Assembly (NCBI GenBank): GCA_963727445.1
Contig: CAVSGI010000004.1
Location: 160,001-224,000, forward strand
Source: an uncultured delta proteobacterium
GTDB lineage: Bacteria; Myxococcota_A; Polyangia; Polyangiales; B10-G4
Reading direction: 5' to 3'
DNA length: 64,000 nucleotides
The notes under the pieces are model-generated. The model saw only the letters and a list, made by a program, of their open reading frames with translations. It searched no databases and was not told the origin of the DNA. Position numbers and translations under genes: made by a program. This document shows positions 30,433 to 41,517 of this stretch, piece after piece. The stretch's first letter is position 1. Each line of letters starts with the position of its first letter.

Positions 30433-32166
30433 TCAGCGAACGGGGACGCTGACGCGCCGGGTGGAGCCCGCCACGACGTTCACCCGGACCCGTCGCCATG
30501 CCCCCTCGCCGAAGGGCTGAACTTCGACCGCCTGGGCGCCCGCGGGGAGCGTGAACTGCCCGGGCGTCTGTCCGATCGCGCGCCCGTGAAAGCGAACCTT
30601 CGCCCATCCGCCGGGCGTGACGAGGTTGATCTGTCCGTTGGCCCGCGCCGCAGGTCGGCGCGTCGTGGGTCGGGACATGCCTGACTGGGCCGCGGGGACC
30701 GGCTCGGGCTCGCCCACGGGTTCGGGCTCCGGTTCGGGCTCGGGAGGCGTCTCGGCGACGGGTTCGGGCTCCGGTTCGGGCGCGGGCGGCGTGTCGGCGA
30801 CGGGTTCAGGCTCCGGTTCGGGCTCGGGTTCGGGCGCAGCGACGGTCTGTGGTGCCGTCTCCGTCGCCGCCTCGGCTTCCGGCTGCGCCTCCGTCCCCGT
30901 CTCGCCTTCGGCCACCCCGACCTCTTCGTCGTCGCTCAGCGCCGTCACCGCGAAGACTCCGACCAGGACGCCGAGGAGGGTCAGGCCGATGGCGCCGAGG
31001 AGCATCTTGCGCTCTTTGCTGATCGCGGGCGGCGCCGAGGAGATGTGCTTCTGCGTCACCTTCGAGATATCGGGGACGGCGCTGGCGGAGCCGGAGTCGT
31101 CGATCATGCGTGGGACGCGTTCGGGGGACTGGCGCGCGATGGAGATCAGCTGTCGCTTGCGCTCTCGGCCGCCAGGGAACGCCGAATCCATCAGCTCGCC
31201 GACGTCGGCCATGCCGACGGGCTCGTCCTCTTTTCCGAGATAGCGCAAGAGATCGCGGCCCATGTCGCGGGCGGTGGCGTATCGGGCCTCTGGATCGCGG
31301 CTCAGGGCTTTGAGGACGATCGCGTCGAGCTCCTCGGCCACCAGTGGATTGAGGGTGGAAGGCGGGGGGATGGGATCGGATTGAACGGCGGTGATGGTCT
31401 CGGCCTCGGTCGTGCGGCGGAAGAGCCGCTTGCTCGTGATGAGCTCGAACAGGACGACGCCCAGAGACCAGATGTCCATGCGGCGATCCGGATCGGCACC
31501 ACGGACCTGCTCGGGCGCCATGTACGCGTACTTGCCCTTCACCGTCCCTGCGACCGTCTCGTGGATCCGGTTCTCCGCGCTGGCCACGCCGAAGTCGACG
31601 ATGCGCACCGCGCCGTCGTAAGTGACGAAGACGTTCTGGGGTGAGACGTCGCGGTGGACGACGTTGAGCGGCTGGCCGTTTTCGTCCGTCACCTCGTGGG
31701 CCGCGTGGAGCCCCTCGCATGCATCGGCGACGATCCGCGCGGCGAGCGCCGGCAGCCGCGGCGAGTGCCGAATCGCGTCGTTCTTGGCGAGGCGTCGGAC
31801 CAATCGCGAGACCGATTCACCGACGAGATAGTCCATCGCCAGGAAATAGGCGCCGTCCGCCTCGCCGAAGTCGTTCACTCCGCACACGTTGGGGTGCTGG
31901 ATGCGCGACGCGATGCGCGCCTCGTCGAGGAACATCTCCACGAACTGCGGCTTCTTGGCGAGGTGAGGGTGGATGCGCTTGAGCGCCACGAGCTTCTCGA
32001 AACCCGCCGCGCCTCGAATCGTGGCGAGGAAGACCGACGCCATCCCGCCCGTGGCTATCTCGAAACGCAGCTGATACCGACCGAAGCGCTGCTGGTCGCC
32101 GTCAGTGATGACCGTCGGCTCGATCTCCTCACCGTCGAGGATGCTGAGCAGCTCCTCCGGCATCAC
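30433..32166 (-). CDS. Transmembrane Ser/Thr protein kinase with Pro/Glu stalk and PEGA-like C-terminal domain
   Basis: IATGGMA, VALK, HRDVSPQN, DFG, GKYAYMAPEQ, TM helix, PEPEPE repeats, IGQTP...LPAG. Confidence 0.92.
   Translation of the reverse strand: MMPEELLSILDGEEIEPTVITDGDQQRFGRYQLRFEIATGGMASVFLATIRGAAGFEKLVALKRIHPHLAKKPQFVEMFLDEARIASRIQHPNVCGVNDFGEADGAYFLAMDYLVGESVSRLVRRLAKNDAIRHSPRLPALAARIVADACEGLHAAHEVTDENGQPLNVVHRDVSPQNVFVTYDGAVRIVDFGVASAENRIHETVAGTVKGKYAYMAPEQVRGADPDRRMDIWSLGVVLFELITSKRLFRRTTEAETITAVQSDPIPPPSTLNPLVAEELDAIVLKALSRDPEARYATARDMGRDLLRYLGKEDEPVGMADVGELMDSAFPGGRERKRQLISIARQSPERVPRMIDDSGSASAVPDISKVTQKHISSAPPAISKERKMLLGAIGLTLLGVLVGVFAVTALSDDEEVGVAEGETGTEAQPEAEAATETAPQTVAAPEPEPEPEPEPVADTPPAPEPEPEPVAETPPEPEPEPEPVGEPEPVPAAQSGMSRPTTRRPAARANGQINLVTPGGWAKVRFHGRAIGQTPGQFTLPAGAQAVEVQPFGEGAWRRVRVNVVAGSTRRVSVPVR
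30700..30835 (-). repeat. Intragenic Pro-Glu hexamer repeats
   Basis: Several (PE)n blocks encoded by CCCGAG/CCGGAG/CCCGAA units. Confidence 0.75.
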
Positions 32167-32984
32167 ATCGGCCAGGTCGGCGCGGAGAACTGCGTGTCGT
32201 CGCTCTGCCCCCCGCTCGACGCGGCCACCGCGATGATGATCACCGCGGCGATCACCGCCGCCGCCCCGACGCCGATCAGGATGGGGACCAGGAGCCCGCT
32301 GCCCCCGTCGTCCGCGGCGAGGATGGCGCCGTCCTCTCCCACCTCCGAGATCGAGGTGCTCAGTGGCGACTCTGGCGATCCGGCGCGACTGATCACGGCG
32401 CCTCCCGGTCCGACCGCCTCCGCGTAGTACGTGAGGGTCGCCCCGGCGCTCGCCACCACGCTGAGCTCCTCACCCGTGCCCGTCGTCCAATCCTCGGACC
32501 CGAGCGGCCGCCCGCCGATGCGAACCTCCCGAACCAGCCCGCCGCGGTCTCCTGCGAGCTCGGTGACGACGCGGGCGCCGCCCGGCATCGCTTCGACCCG
32601 CGCGACGACCACCACCCGCTCTCCGGATTCGCTGAGACGCGTGAAGGCCTCCCGCATCGGCGGAGGGATGGCGCGGCCCATCTCGCGGTTGGGGTCGACG
32701 CTCGCCAGCTGCGTCAGCGTCGCCTCCATGGCGCTCTCGTCCCCGAGCGCGAGCTGGGCGAGGGCACGCCCCTCGAGGAGCGCGAGCAGGTCGTCTCGCG
32801 TCAGGTCGGAGGCCGCCTCCGCTGCGTCGAAGGCATGGAGGGCGCCCTGGAAATCGGCCGACTCGTACAGCCCGAAGCCGTGGTCCACGAGCGGATGCGC
32901 GTACGCAGTGCAAGCTCCCCCAACACTCCATACGAGCCCCACGAGGACCGCCCAGAAACAGCAAAGTCGGGCGCGAGAGGGCAT
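32163..32984 (-). CDS. Exported TPR-like protein with C-terminal hydrophobic segment
   Basis: Signal peptide, helical repeat-like N-terminal half. Stop overlaps the kinase start. Confidence 0.65.
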   Translation of the reverse strand: MPSRARLCCFWAVLVGLVWSVGGACTAYAHPLVDHGFGLYESADFQGALHAFDAAEAASDLTRDDLLALLEGRALAQLALGDESAMEATLTQLASVDPNREMGRAIPPPMREAFTRLSESGERVVVVARVEAMPGGARVVTELAGDRGGLVREVRIGGRPLGSEDWTTGTGEELSVVASAGATLTYYAEAVGPGGAVISRAGSPESPLSTSISEVGEDGAILAADDGGSGLLVPILIGVGAAAVIAAVIIIAVAASSGGQSDDTQFSAPTWPM

Positions 32985-33105
32985 GAGCAAGAGCAAATCG
33001 TAGAGGGGGGTCGTGGCCCCTGTAAAGCGAGCGGCCCACCGATGCCGCGTTTCAGTGTGCGTCCATGTGGGCGCGACAAAACGCGTGTACTCGTCTCAGC
33101 CCAAT

Positions 33106-34251
33106 TCAGGGATGGTCGCAGCTTCGCAGCCCGATCAGCTCCACCAGTGCATGCACTGCGGGGCGCAGATCGGCCTGGCAGATCGACTGCACGGTGGAGG
33201 AGGGCGCGAGCGCCGCCGCCGCACGCACCAGCCGCGTCGGGGGATAGGCCACGCCGCGCCCTGGCACGTCGCACGACGGAACCGGGCTCTCCGGGTCGGT
33301 CGGGTCGACCATGAAGCGCATGCGGGGGTCCGCGAGCAGGCGGCTGTAGGTGCGGTCTGAGTCGTCCACCAGGTCGAGGGGCACGCCGCCGATGATCGCC
33401 AGAGCGAGGCGGTCGTCCGGACCGGCGCGAAGGGCCGCCATCCCATCCAAGAAGCGACTCACCGGGTAGAGCGCCTCGGCTTCGTGGAGCGCGCAGCGCA
33501 CGTTCGGGTGCTCGGGATAGACCGGTGACTCGGGGTCGAAGAGGAGCGGGTCGCTCGCCGAGCAGTCGTCTTCGTCGGTGACGACGACGACCGCCAGGAA
33601 CGAACCCTCGCGGAGGAAGCCCGCGTTCGTGTCACCGCCGTGGCCGGTGGTGCCGCCTTCGAAGCGGAGGTCCGAGGTGGCGGGCGTCAGCGCCTTGAGC
33701 GTCGCTTCGAGGGGCTGTTCCTGTCCACAGCCGTCGGTGCCCACGTTGATGATGCAGGACAAATCGTCCACCAGCGCCTCCGCGTCGCTCGCATCGCCTC
33801 CGCCGTAGGTGAGGAAGCTCGGAAAGGGCCTCAGACACGCAAAGTCGCGGGGGTTGCCGACGCTGCGCAGGATGCCGTCACCTCCGCGGCGTCGCTCGCA
33901 GGAGCCAATCCGCACGCCGCCGGCTCCGAGGTCGGTGGTGATGACGCCGAGGTGCATGTTCGCGATCGGGTTCCAGTCGACCGTGCCGTCCCCATCGAGA
34001 TCGGGCGGCGCGACCAGCGACTCGATCAAGCGCGGCATCTCCGCGGCGAGCGACACCTGCTCCTCCTCCATCGACTGGCTGTTGTCGATCACGAAGAGGA
34101 CGTCCACCGGGTCGTCGATCTCGCACCGCCCGGGCGCGTCCACCCCGGCGTCCACGATCGCGACTGCCGAGGAGTCCGGGATCTTCAGTCCGGTCTTGGC
34201 GCCGCAGCCCACCGAGAAGCCGAGCACAGTGGCGAGGGCGAGACGAAGCAC
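33106..34251 (-). CDS. Lipoprotein with vWA-like domain
   Basis: Lipobox SVGC, VDVLFVIDNSQSM (MIDAS DxSxS), HLGVITTD, EQPLEA, GFLREGS.LAVVVVTDEDDCS. Start placed at GTG 34251. Confidence 0.8.
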   Translation of the reverse strand: MLRLALATVLGFSVGCGAKTGLKIPDSSAVAIVDAGVDAPGRCEIDDPVDVLFVIDNSQSMEEEQVSLAAEMPRLIESLVAPPDLDGDGTVDWNPIANMHLGVITTDLGAGGVRIGSCERRRGGDGILRSVGNPRDFACLRPFPSFLTYGGGDASDAEALVDDLSCIINVGTDGCGQEQPLEATLKALTPATSDLRFEGGTTGHGGDTNAGFLREGSFLAVVVVTDEDDCSASDPLLFDPESPVYPEHPNVRCALHEAEALYPVSRFLDGMAALRAGPDDRLALAIIGGVPLDLVDDSDRTYSRLLADPRMRFMVDPTDPESPVPSCDVPGRGVAYPPTRLVRAAAALAPSSTVQSICQADLRPAVHALVELIGLRSCDHP

Positions 34252-34306
34252 GTCGTCCGAAGGTAGCAGCCCTCCACTGGTGGGCCACCAGGGCAGGGCC
34301 GAGCCC

Positions 34307-36611
<2,305 letters not shown>

Positions 36612-36615
<4 letters not shown>

Positions 36616-37313
36616 GCGGCACCTCCGAGGTGGGCTCCGAGGGAGGTGAAGAGGGACAGCCCCTGGTCGTTGCCCAGGATCGCTTCGGAGGCGCGCTCTG
36701 GATGCGGCATCATGCCGAGCACGTTCTTCTCTTCGTTGTAGATCCCCGCGATGTTGGCGATGGACCCGTTGGGGTTGGCGGGGAAGGCGTCGTCCACGTC
36801 GCCCTCGGCGGTGCAGTAGCGAAAGGCGATGCGGCCCTCGCCCTCGAGGGCTTCGAGGGTCGCCGCGTCACATTGGTAGCGCCCGTCCGCGTGCGCGATG
36901 GGAAGGCGAAGCACCTCGCCCTTGCCGATGGCGGCGGTGAAGGGACCGTCGGCTTCGACCCGACAGAAGACGTCCCGGCATTCGAAGCGGAGCTGTTGAT
37001 TGCGGGTGAGGGCGCCGGGCAGCAGGCCGAGCTCGGTGAGCACCTGAAAGCCGTTGCAGATGCCGAGGATGGGCCCGCCCTTCTTCGCGAACGCACGGAT
37101 GGCGTCGACGATGGGGCTGAAGCAGGCGATGGCGCCCGGCCGGAGGTAGTCCCCGTAGGAGAAGCCACCGGGGATCACCACGGCATCGGTGCCGCCGAGC
37201 GAGTCCTCTTTGTGCCAGACGTAATCGGCGTCCGCGCCGAGCACGTCCCGGACGGCGTGCAGCGCGTCCCAGTCCGCGTTGCTTCCTGGAAATCGTACGA
37301 CCGCGATCTTCAA
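36612..37313 (-). CDS. purQ: Phosphoribosylformylglycinamidine synthase subunit PurQ
   Basis: [35 protein letters not shown]. Confidence 0.96.
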
Positions 37314-37495
37314 CGAGTCCTCCTGGCCATGCGCGCGGCAGGATACGGAGGGGTCCGGGTGGCGGCAACGCGGCGATGATGGCAGCGGAAAAGCGGCTGT
37401 TTTCGCTTTCTCGAGGAGACGGTGAAGGAGAGAGCCTCCTCATGCGTCAAAAGCACGTGTTTTTGACCCACCCAGGGCCCGGGGGCACCCTCTAG

Positions 37496-38428
37496 GTGAT
37501 GCTCCGCCGCGAATGCAGCGCCGTCGTTTGGTGCCGGGTCGCCCTGGCCATCGCAATCTCCGGGGCTTGTCTCGCCGCGCCCGCGAGCGCGCAGACCGGC
37601 GCCCGGCACATCGACTCGCTCCGGTCGCTGCAGCGCGCTTGCCGTCAGGCCGAAGGGGAAGGGCGCCGCGAGCTCCTGGTCCTGAGCTTCCCCGCCGGCA
37701 GCTGGCGCTTCGGCCGCTACGACGCGCGTGAAGGCTTTCTGCCCATCGACACCCGACGCAACCTCCGCGCCTTCGATGGTGCCGCCGAGCTCTTTCCCTC
37801 CGGCATGGAGGAGGTGGGCTTCATCGTCGGGGAGGAGCGCGCGACGGAGCTGCGACGCCGCGCGGAAGACCTCACCCTCCGCGTCGCCTTCTTCCTCGGC
37901 TTCGACGACACCACCCGCACCCTCTGTCTCGTCCGCCCCGCGGTCGGCGTCACGACCGTCCGCATGGACGTCGCGTTCCTCGAGCTGACGGCGCGACGTC
38001 ACGTCGTGGCCCGTCAGGACACGGACCGACTCCGCGCCTGGATGGACGACGCCGAGCGCGACGCGATCCCGGGGGAGGGCCCGCGCGGAGCGATCGGCGC
38101 CGCCACGCGGAGCGACGGTGCGGGCATCGCGCCCGAGAGCTGGCAGCAGGTGATCGCCGCCGAAAACCGGGGCAGGACGGCGCGCGCCCTCTCGCGCTGC
38201 CACGCCGAAGGCCTCTCGCACGGCGCCTCCGACGGCACGATCGTGGTGCGGGCCCTGGTCGACCCGCGCACCGGGCACGTGAGCCGCACCGAGGTGGAGC
38301 TCTCGAGCGTGGGCAACGACGCGGCCGCCGCGTGCGTGGCCCAGGCCGTCTCGCACATCGCCTTCGCGCCCGAGCCTGCGCTGGGCAGCTCGGTGATGCT
38401 GAGCCTGCCCGTTCGCCTCATCCACTGA
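37496..38428 (+). CDS. Exported protein with C-terminal TonB_C/AgmX-like domain
   Basis: Signal peptide. C-terminal LSRCH...GTIVVRALVD...G.V...AACV...IAF...LPV pattern. Confidence 0.6.
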   Translation: MMLRRECSAVVWCRVALAIAISGACLAAPASAQTGARHIDSLRSLQRACRQAEGEGRRELLVLSFPAGSWRFGRYDAREGFLPIDTRRNLRAFDGAAELFPSGMEEVGFIVGEERATELRRRAEDLTLRVAFFLGFDDTTRTLCLVRPAVGVTTVRMDVAFLELTARRHVVARQDTDRLRAWMDDAERDAIPGEGPRGAIGAATRSDGAGIAPESWQQVIAAENRGRTARALSRCHAEGLSHGASDGTIVVRALVDPRTGHVSRTEVELSSVGNDAAAACVAQAVSHIAFAPEPALGSSVMLSLPVRLIH

Positions 38429-38431
38429 CCG

Positions 38432-38959
38432 CTACTGCGCGGTGAGGCGGTCGAGCTCGCCCGCGTAGCGGTCGGCGAGGCGGCTGATCTGTCGAACGAG
38501 GGAGCGAAAGGCGCGGCGATCGAAGTTCGAGTCCGTGTTGAGGATCATGGACAGGCGGATCTCGCCGTCGGCGGCGTTCCACTCGAGCTTGCCCACGAGG
38601 AGCGCCCAGTTGAGCTCCATCAGGCGCCGGAGCACGCCGGGCGTGCTGGCGGCATCGGGCGGCGCGGTCGCGAGTCGCGCGACGTAGATGTAGACGGTGT
38701 CGGTTTCGTCGCTGTACACGAGGTGCACCGCCAGCTCGCGCTCCGACGTCGTCGCGCGCTGGGTGAACGCGCATCGCGCGCGCGTCTCGGTGACGGTCTC
38801 GCAGCTGTGGGGGATCGAGAGCGCCGTCAGCTCCGCGTCGATGGCTTCGAGGTACCGAGGCGCAGGTCGCGCGGCGTCGGCGTCCTGCGCGTGCAGGGGA
38901 GACGACGAGAGGAGCGTGCCGACGGTGACGCAGGTCGCGACGAGGATCGAAGTGCGCAT
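38432..38959 (-). CDS. Exported YbjN/T3SS-chaperone-fold protein
   Basis: Signal peptide (..PLHA/Q), LRRLMELNW..LVGKLEW...GEIRL. Confidence 0.65.
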   Translation of the reverse strand: MRTSILVATCVTVGTLLSSSPLHAQDADAARPAPRYLEAIDAELTALSIPHSCETVTETRARCAFTQRATTSERELAVHLVYSDETDTVYIYVARLATAPPDAASTPGVLRRLMELNWALLVGKLEWNAADGEIRLSMILNTDSNFDRRAFRSLVRQISRLADRYAGELDRLTAQ

Positions 38960-38993
38960 CCGCGGGAGGGTACCAGCTCCCCAAAGCCCGGGC

Positions 38994-39626
38994 TCAGCGC
39001 AGAATGTCGAAGTTCCCGTGGCCGAGGTCGTTGACCTGATGCTCCGGGAGGAGCAGGCGCATGAAGACCACACCCATGCACTGATCCTTGGCGACGGTGC
39101 CGAAGTTGCGGCTGTCGTCCGAGGAGTGGAATCGGTTGTCGCCGAGGAGGTAGAGCCGCCCCTCCTCCACCTCGTAGTTGGTCAGAGCAAAATCGCGGCT
39201 GGGGCGCTTGAAGATGCCGTGCTCGTGGTTGCCGAGCTTCTCGGTACCCAGCTGCACCGTGTCGGTCCGGTCGTTGAGGGTGTCGGTGAACTGCAGCTCG
39301 CCCTGCCAATCCACGTCCGGGCTCTGGCCGTTGATCACCAGCTGGCCACGGCTCGACTCGACGGTGGCGTGGGGCGGCCCGACCACTCGGCCCATCACCA
39401 GGTCCCGAGGGTTTTCGGGGTTGGTGCAGACGGCGATGTCGCCGAGGGTGATGTCGCTGCTCTTCCAGACGAGCACCGTGTCACCGGCTTCCATGGTCGG
39501 GGCCATTCCGTTGTGACCCACCACCATGATCTCGACCATCGTGAGGCGGAGGATGACCCCGATCACGAAGAGAATCGCCGCGAACCACGCGACGAACTTG
39601 AGGACCGGCTTCCAGAGCTCCCGCAT
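38994..39626 (-). CDS. Signal peptidase I (S26) homologue with substituted catalytic residues
   Basis: TM helix, GMAPT..AGD (box B), GDIAV (box C), MGRVVGPP (box D), YLLGDNRFHSSDDSRNFG (box E). Confidence 0.85.
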   Translation of the reverse strand: MRELWKPVLKFVAWFAAILFVIGVILRLTMVEIMVVGHNGMAPTMEAGDTVLVWKSSDITLGDIAVCTNPENPRDLVMGRVVGPPHATVESSRGQLVINGQSPDVDWQGELQFTDTLNDRTDTVQLGTEKLGNHEHGIFKRPSRDFALTNYEVEEGRLYLLGDNRFHSSDDSRNFGTVAKDQCMGVVFMRLLLPEHQVNDLGHGNFDILR

Positions 39627-39689
39627 GAATCTCGCCGGAATTTCCCGGGGTTGATCTCGCCTGTCAACAAAGGAGATACCCTGCGCCGC

Positions 39690-41132
39690 ATGCGGCGAGC
39701 ATTCTGTGCGCTTCTGACCATCATCGCTGTCGGGTGTGGAGCCTGTGAGGAGGAGGACCCGACCCTTGGCACGGAGCGTCCCGAGGAGGTGACGACCGAG
39801 CCGCCGCCCCCGGTCGCCGTCGACGCGCCCGCCAACGCCATCGACGCAGCGCGGGTCCGGGCGCTCCTCGAGTCGTGGCTCGCCGCCCAGAACGCCGGAG
39901 ACTTCGAGGCCTACGAGGCGCTTTATGCCGAGCGTTTCGAGGGCGTGAAGCGCTCCGGCGAGCGGACCTACAGCTACGATCGGGCGCAGTGGCTCGACGA
40001 CCGCCGGCGGATGTTCGCCGGGCCGATGCAGGTGAGCGCAGAGGACGTCCGCGTGTCGAGCGCTTCCGAGGCGGCGGTGCTCACCTTCGAGCAGCACTGG
40101 TCGAACGCGACCTACAGCGACGTCGGCGAAAAGCAGCTGGTGCTGGTGCAGGTGAACGACGAGCTCCGGATCGGGCGGGAAGAAATGCTCGACAGCCGCA
40201 TCCTGGGCCACGGCGAGGTGAGCGCCCCGCCGCTCGCCTCCTTCCTGTTGGTGGTCGACGCCGGCGCGCCATATCTGTTGCTCTCCACCGAGGTCGACGA
40301 AGCGCTCGGGCGCGGTCCACTCACGCTGACGTCGCGTGCGCGCCCGGCCTCCGCCGCGCGCGGCGTGGACCCGGCGGGTCTTCCGGAGCCGCTGCGCGCG
40401 CTGATCGGCGCGCAGGTGGAGGCCTACGACGCGCGCTCACGGGTGTGCACCGGCAACGTCGGCGCGCCGGTGATCGTCCATCGCGTCGTCCCGCACTTCA
40501 GCACGGTTCAGCATTGGGATGGGGATCTCGGTGGCTCGCCGAGCAGCGACCCAGAGATCGCGGCCGACGTCTGGGAGCTCGGATCGAGCGGCGCCATCCT
40601 GGCGGCGCCGCTCGAGGGCGAGGACTGTGAGCGCGCGCTGTGGGCGCGCCTGCCCGCGGACGAGCATCCGCGGCTCTTCACGCAGAGCCTGGCCGAGGGT
40701 CGCGCGCAGGTGGCCGCCCTCTCGGCGTTCCGGAGGCTCCCCGCGCACGCGGCGATCCAGCGCGACTTCCGGAGCTACGGCCGAGGTCACACGGGCGACT
40801 GGGATTCCTATGGCAGCGCGCAGCCCATGGCCATCCGCTGGATTGAGCCAGGGATGGGGCGTGAGCTCGTCACGGTCACCGCCCGCGTCGGGACGGACTG
40901 CGCCGATTTCAACGGGGCGATGTGGTCGGTCTTCGAGGCCAGCTCCGAGGAGCTGACGCCGCTCACCGATCCCGAGGCGCCGGGGTTTTACCAGCCAAGG
41001 GCCATCCTCGACGCCGATGGGGACGGGCGGGTGGAGATCGTGATCGAGGACGGGCTCCTGACCCGTTCCGCGGAAGGGGGCTTCGCGCGGGTCCTCGACG
41101 TCTCGCCGCCCTACCTCGACTGCGATTGTTGA
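39690..41132 (+). CDS. Lipoprotein with NTF2/SnoaL-like N-terminal domain
   Basis: Signal/lipobox, VRALLESWLAAQNAGDFEAYEALYA...FEQHW...YSDVGEKQL, C-terminal DADGDGRVE and CDC. Confidence 0.75.
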   Translation: MRRAFCALLTIIAVGCGACEEEDPTLGTERPEEVTTEPPPPVAVDAPANAIDAARVRALLESWLAAQNAGDFEAYEALYAERFEGVKRSGERTYSYDRAQWLDDRRRMFAGPMQVSAEDVRVSSASEAAVLTFEQHWSNATYSDVGEKQLVLVQVNDELRIGREEMLDSRILGHGEVSAPPLASFLLVVDAGAPYLLLSTEVDEALGRGPLTLTSRARPASAARGVDPAGLPEPLRALIGAQVEAYDARSRVCTGNVGAPVIVHRVVPHFSTVQHWDGDLGGSPSSDPEIAADVWELGSSGAILAAPLEGEDCERALWARLPADEHPRLFTQSLAEGRAQVAALSAFRRLPAHAAIQRDFRSYGRGHTGDWDSYGSAQPMAIRWIEPGMGRELVTVTARVGTDCADFNGAMWSVFEASSEELTPLTDPEAPGFYQPRAILDADGDGRVEIVIEDGLLTRSAEGGFARVLDVSPPYLDCDC

Positions 41133-41181
41133 GCCCCCGAGCGCCCGCTGGCGACCGCGAAACAGTCGTGGTAGGACGCTA

Positions 41182-41205
41182 GTGAAAGTGAAAGTCTATT
41201 TCAAC
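41182..41205. promoter_or_regulatory. Fur-box-like AT-rich element upstream of feoA
   Basis: GTGAAAGTGAAAGTCTATTTCAAC contains the inverted repeat TGAAA-N5-TTTCA, conspicuous in GC-rich context. Confidence 0.6.
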
Positions 41206-41277
41206 AAGAGCGTCGCGCGCGACGATGGCGCGGGAGATCTTGCGAGGGCGGCCGAGGTCGCGCATCCAGGACCCGTC

Positions 41278-41517
41278 TTGGAAACGCGTACTCTCGCCGA
41301 CGTACCGATCGGCTCGGCGGCGACCGTCGAGAGGGTCGGCGGCCGTCGCGACATCGCGATCCGTTTGATGGAGATGGGCTTGCTTCCGGGGACGCGGGTG
41401 GAGGTGCTTCGCGTCGCGCCCCTCGGTGATCCCATCGAGCTGCGCGTGCGCGGGTTCGCGCTTTCGATACGTCGCGCCGAGGCGAAGAGCGTCGAGGTGC
41501 GAGAGGAGGCGGGTTGA
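41278..41517 (+). CDS. feoA: Ferrous iron transport protein A
   Basis: RLMEMGLLPG...RVAPLGDPIE..VRG..LSIRR.EA. TTG start after AGGA. Confidence 0.93.
   Translation: METRTLADVPIGSAATVERVGGRRDIAIRLMEMGLLPGTRVEVLRVAPLGDPIELRVRGFALSIRRAEAKSVEVREEAG

Noticed and set aside
38697..39689. N-terminal 331 codons of the 811-aa ORF 38697-41132
   Set aside because: Antisense to the peptidase-like and YbjN-like genes. The signal peptide starts at ATG 39690.
41182..41277. N-terminal extension of FeoA from GTG 41182
   Set aside because: This stretch contains the Fur-like box. The FeoA domain and an RBS fit a start at 41278.
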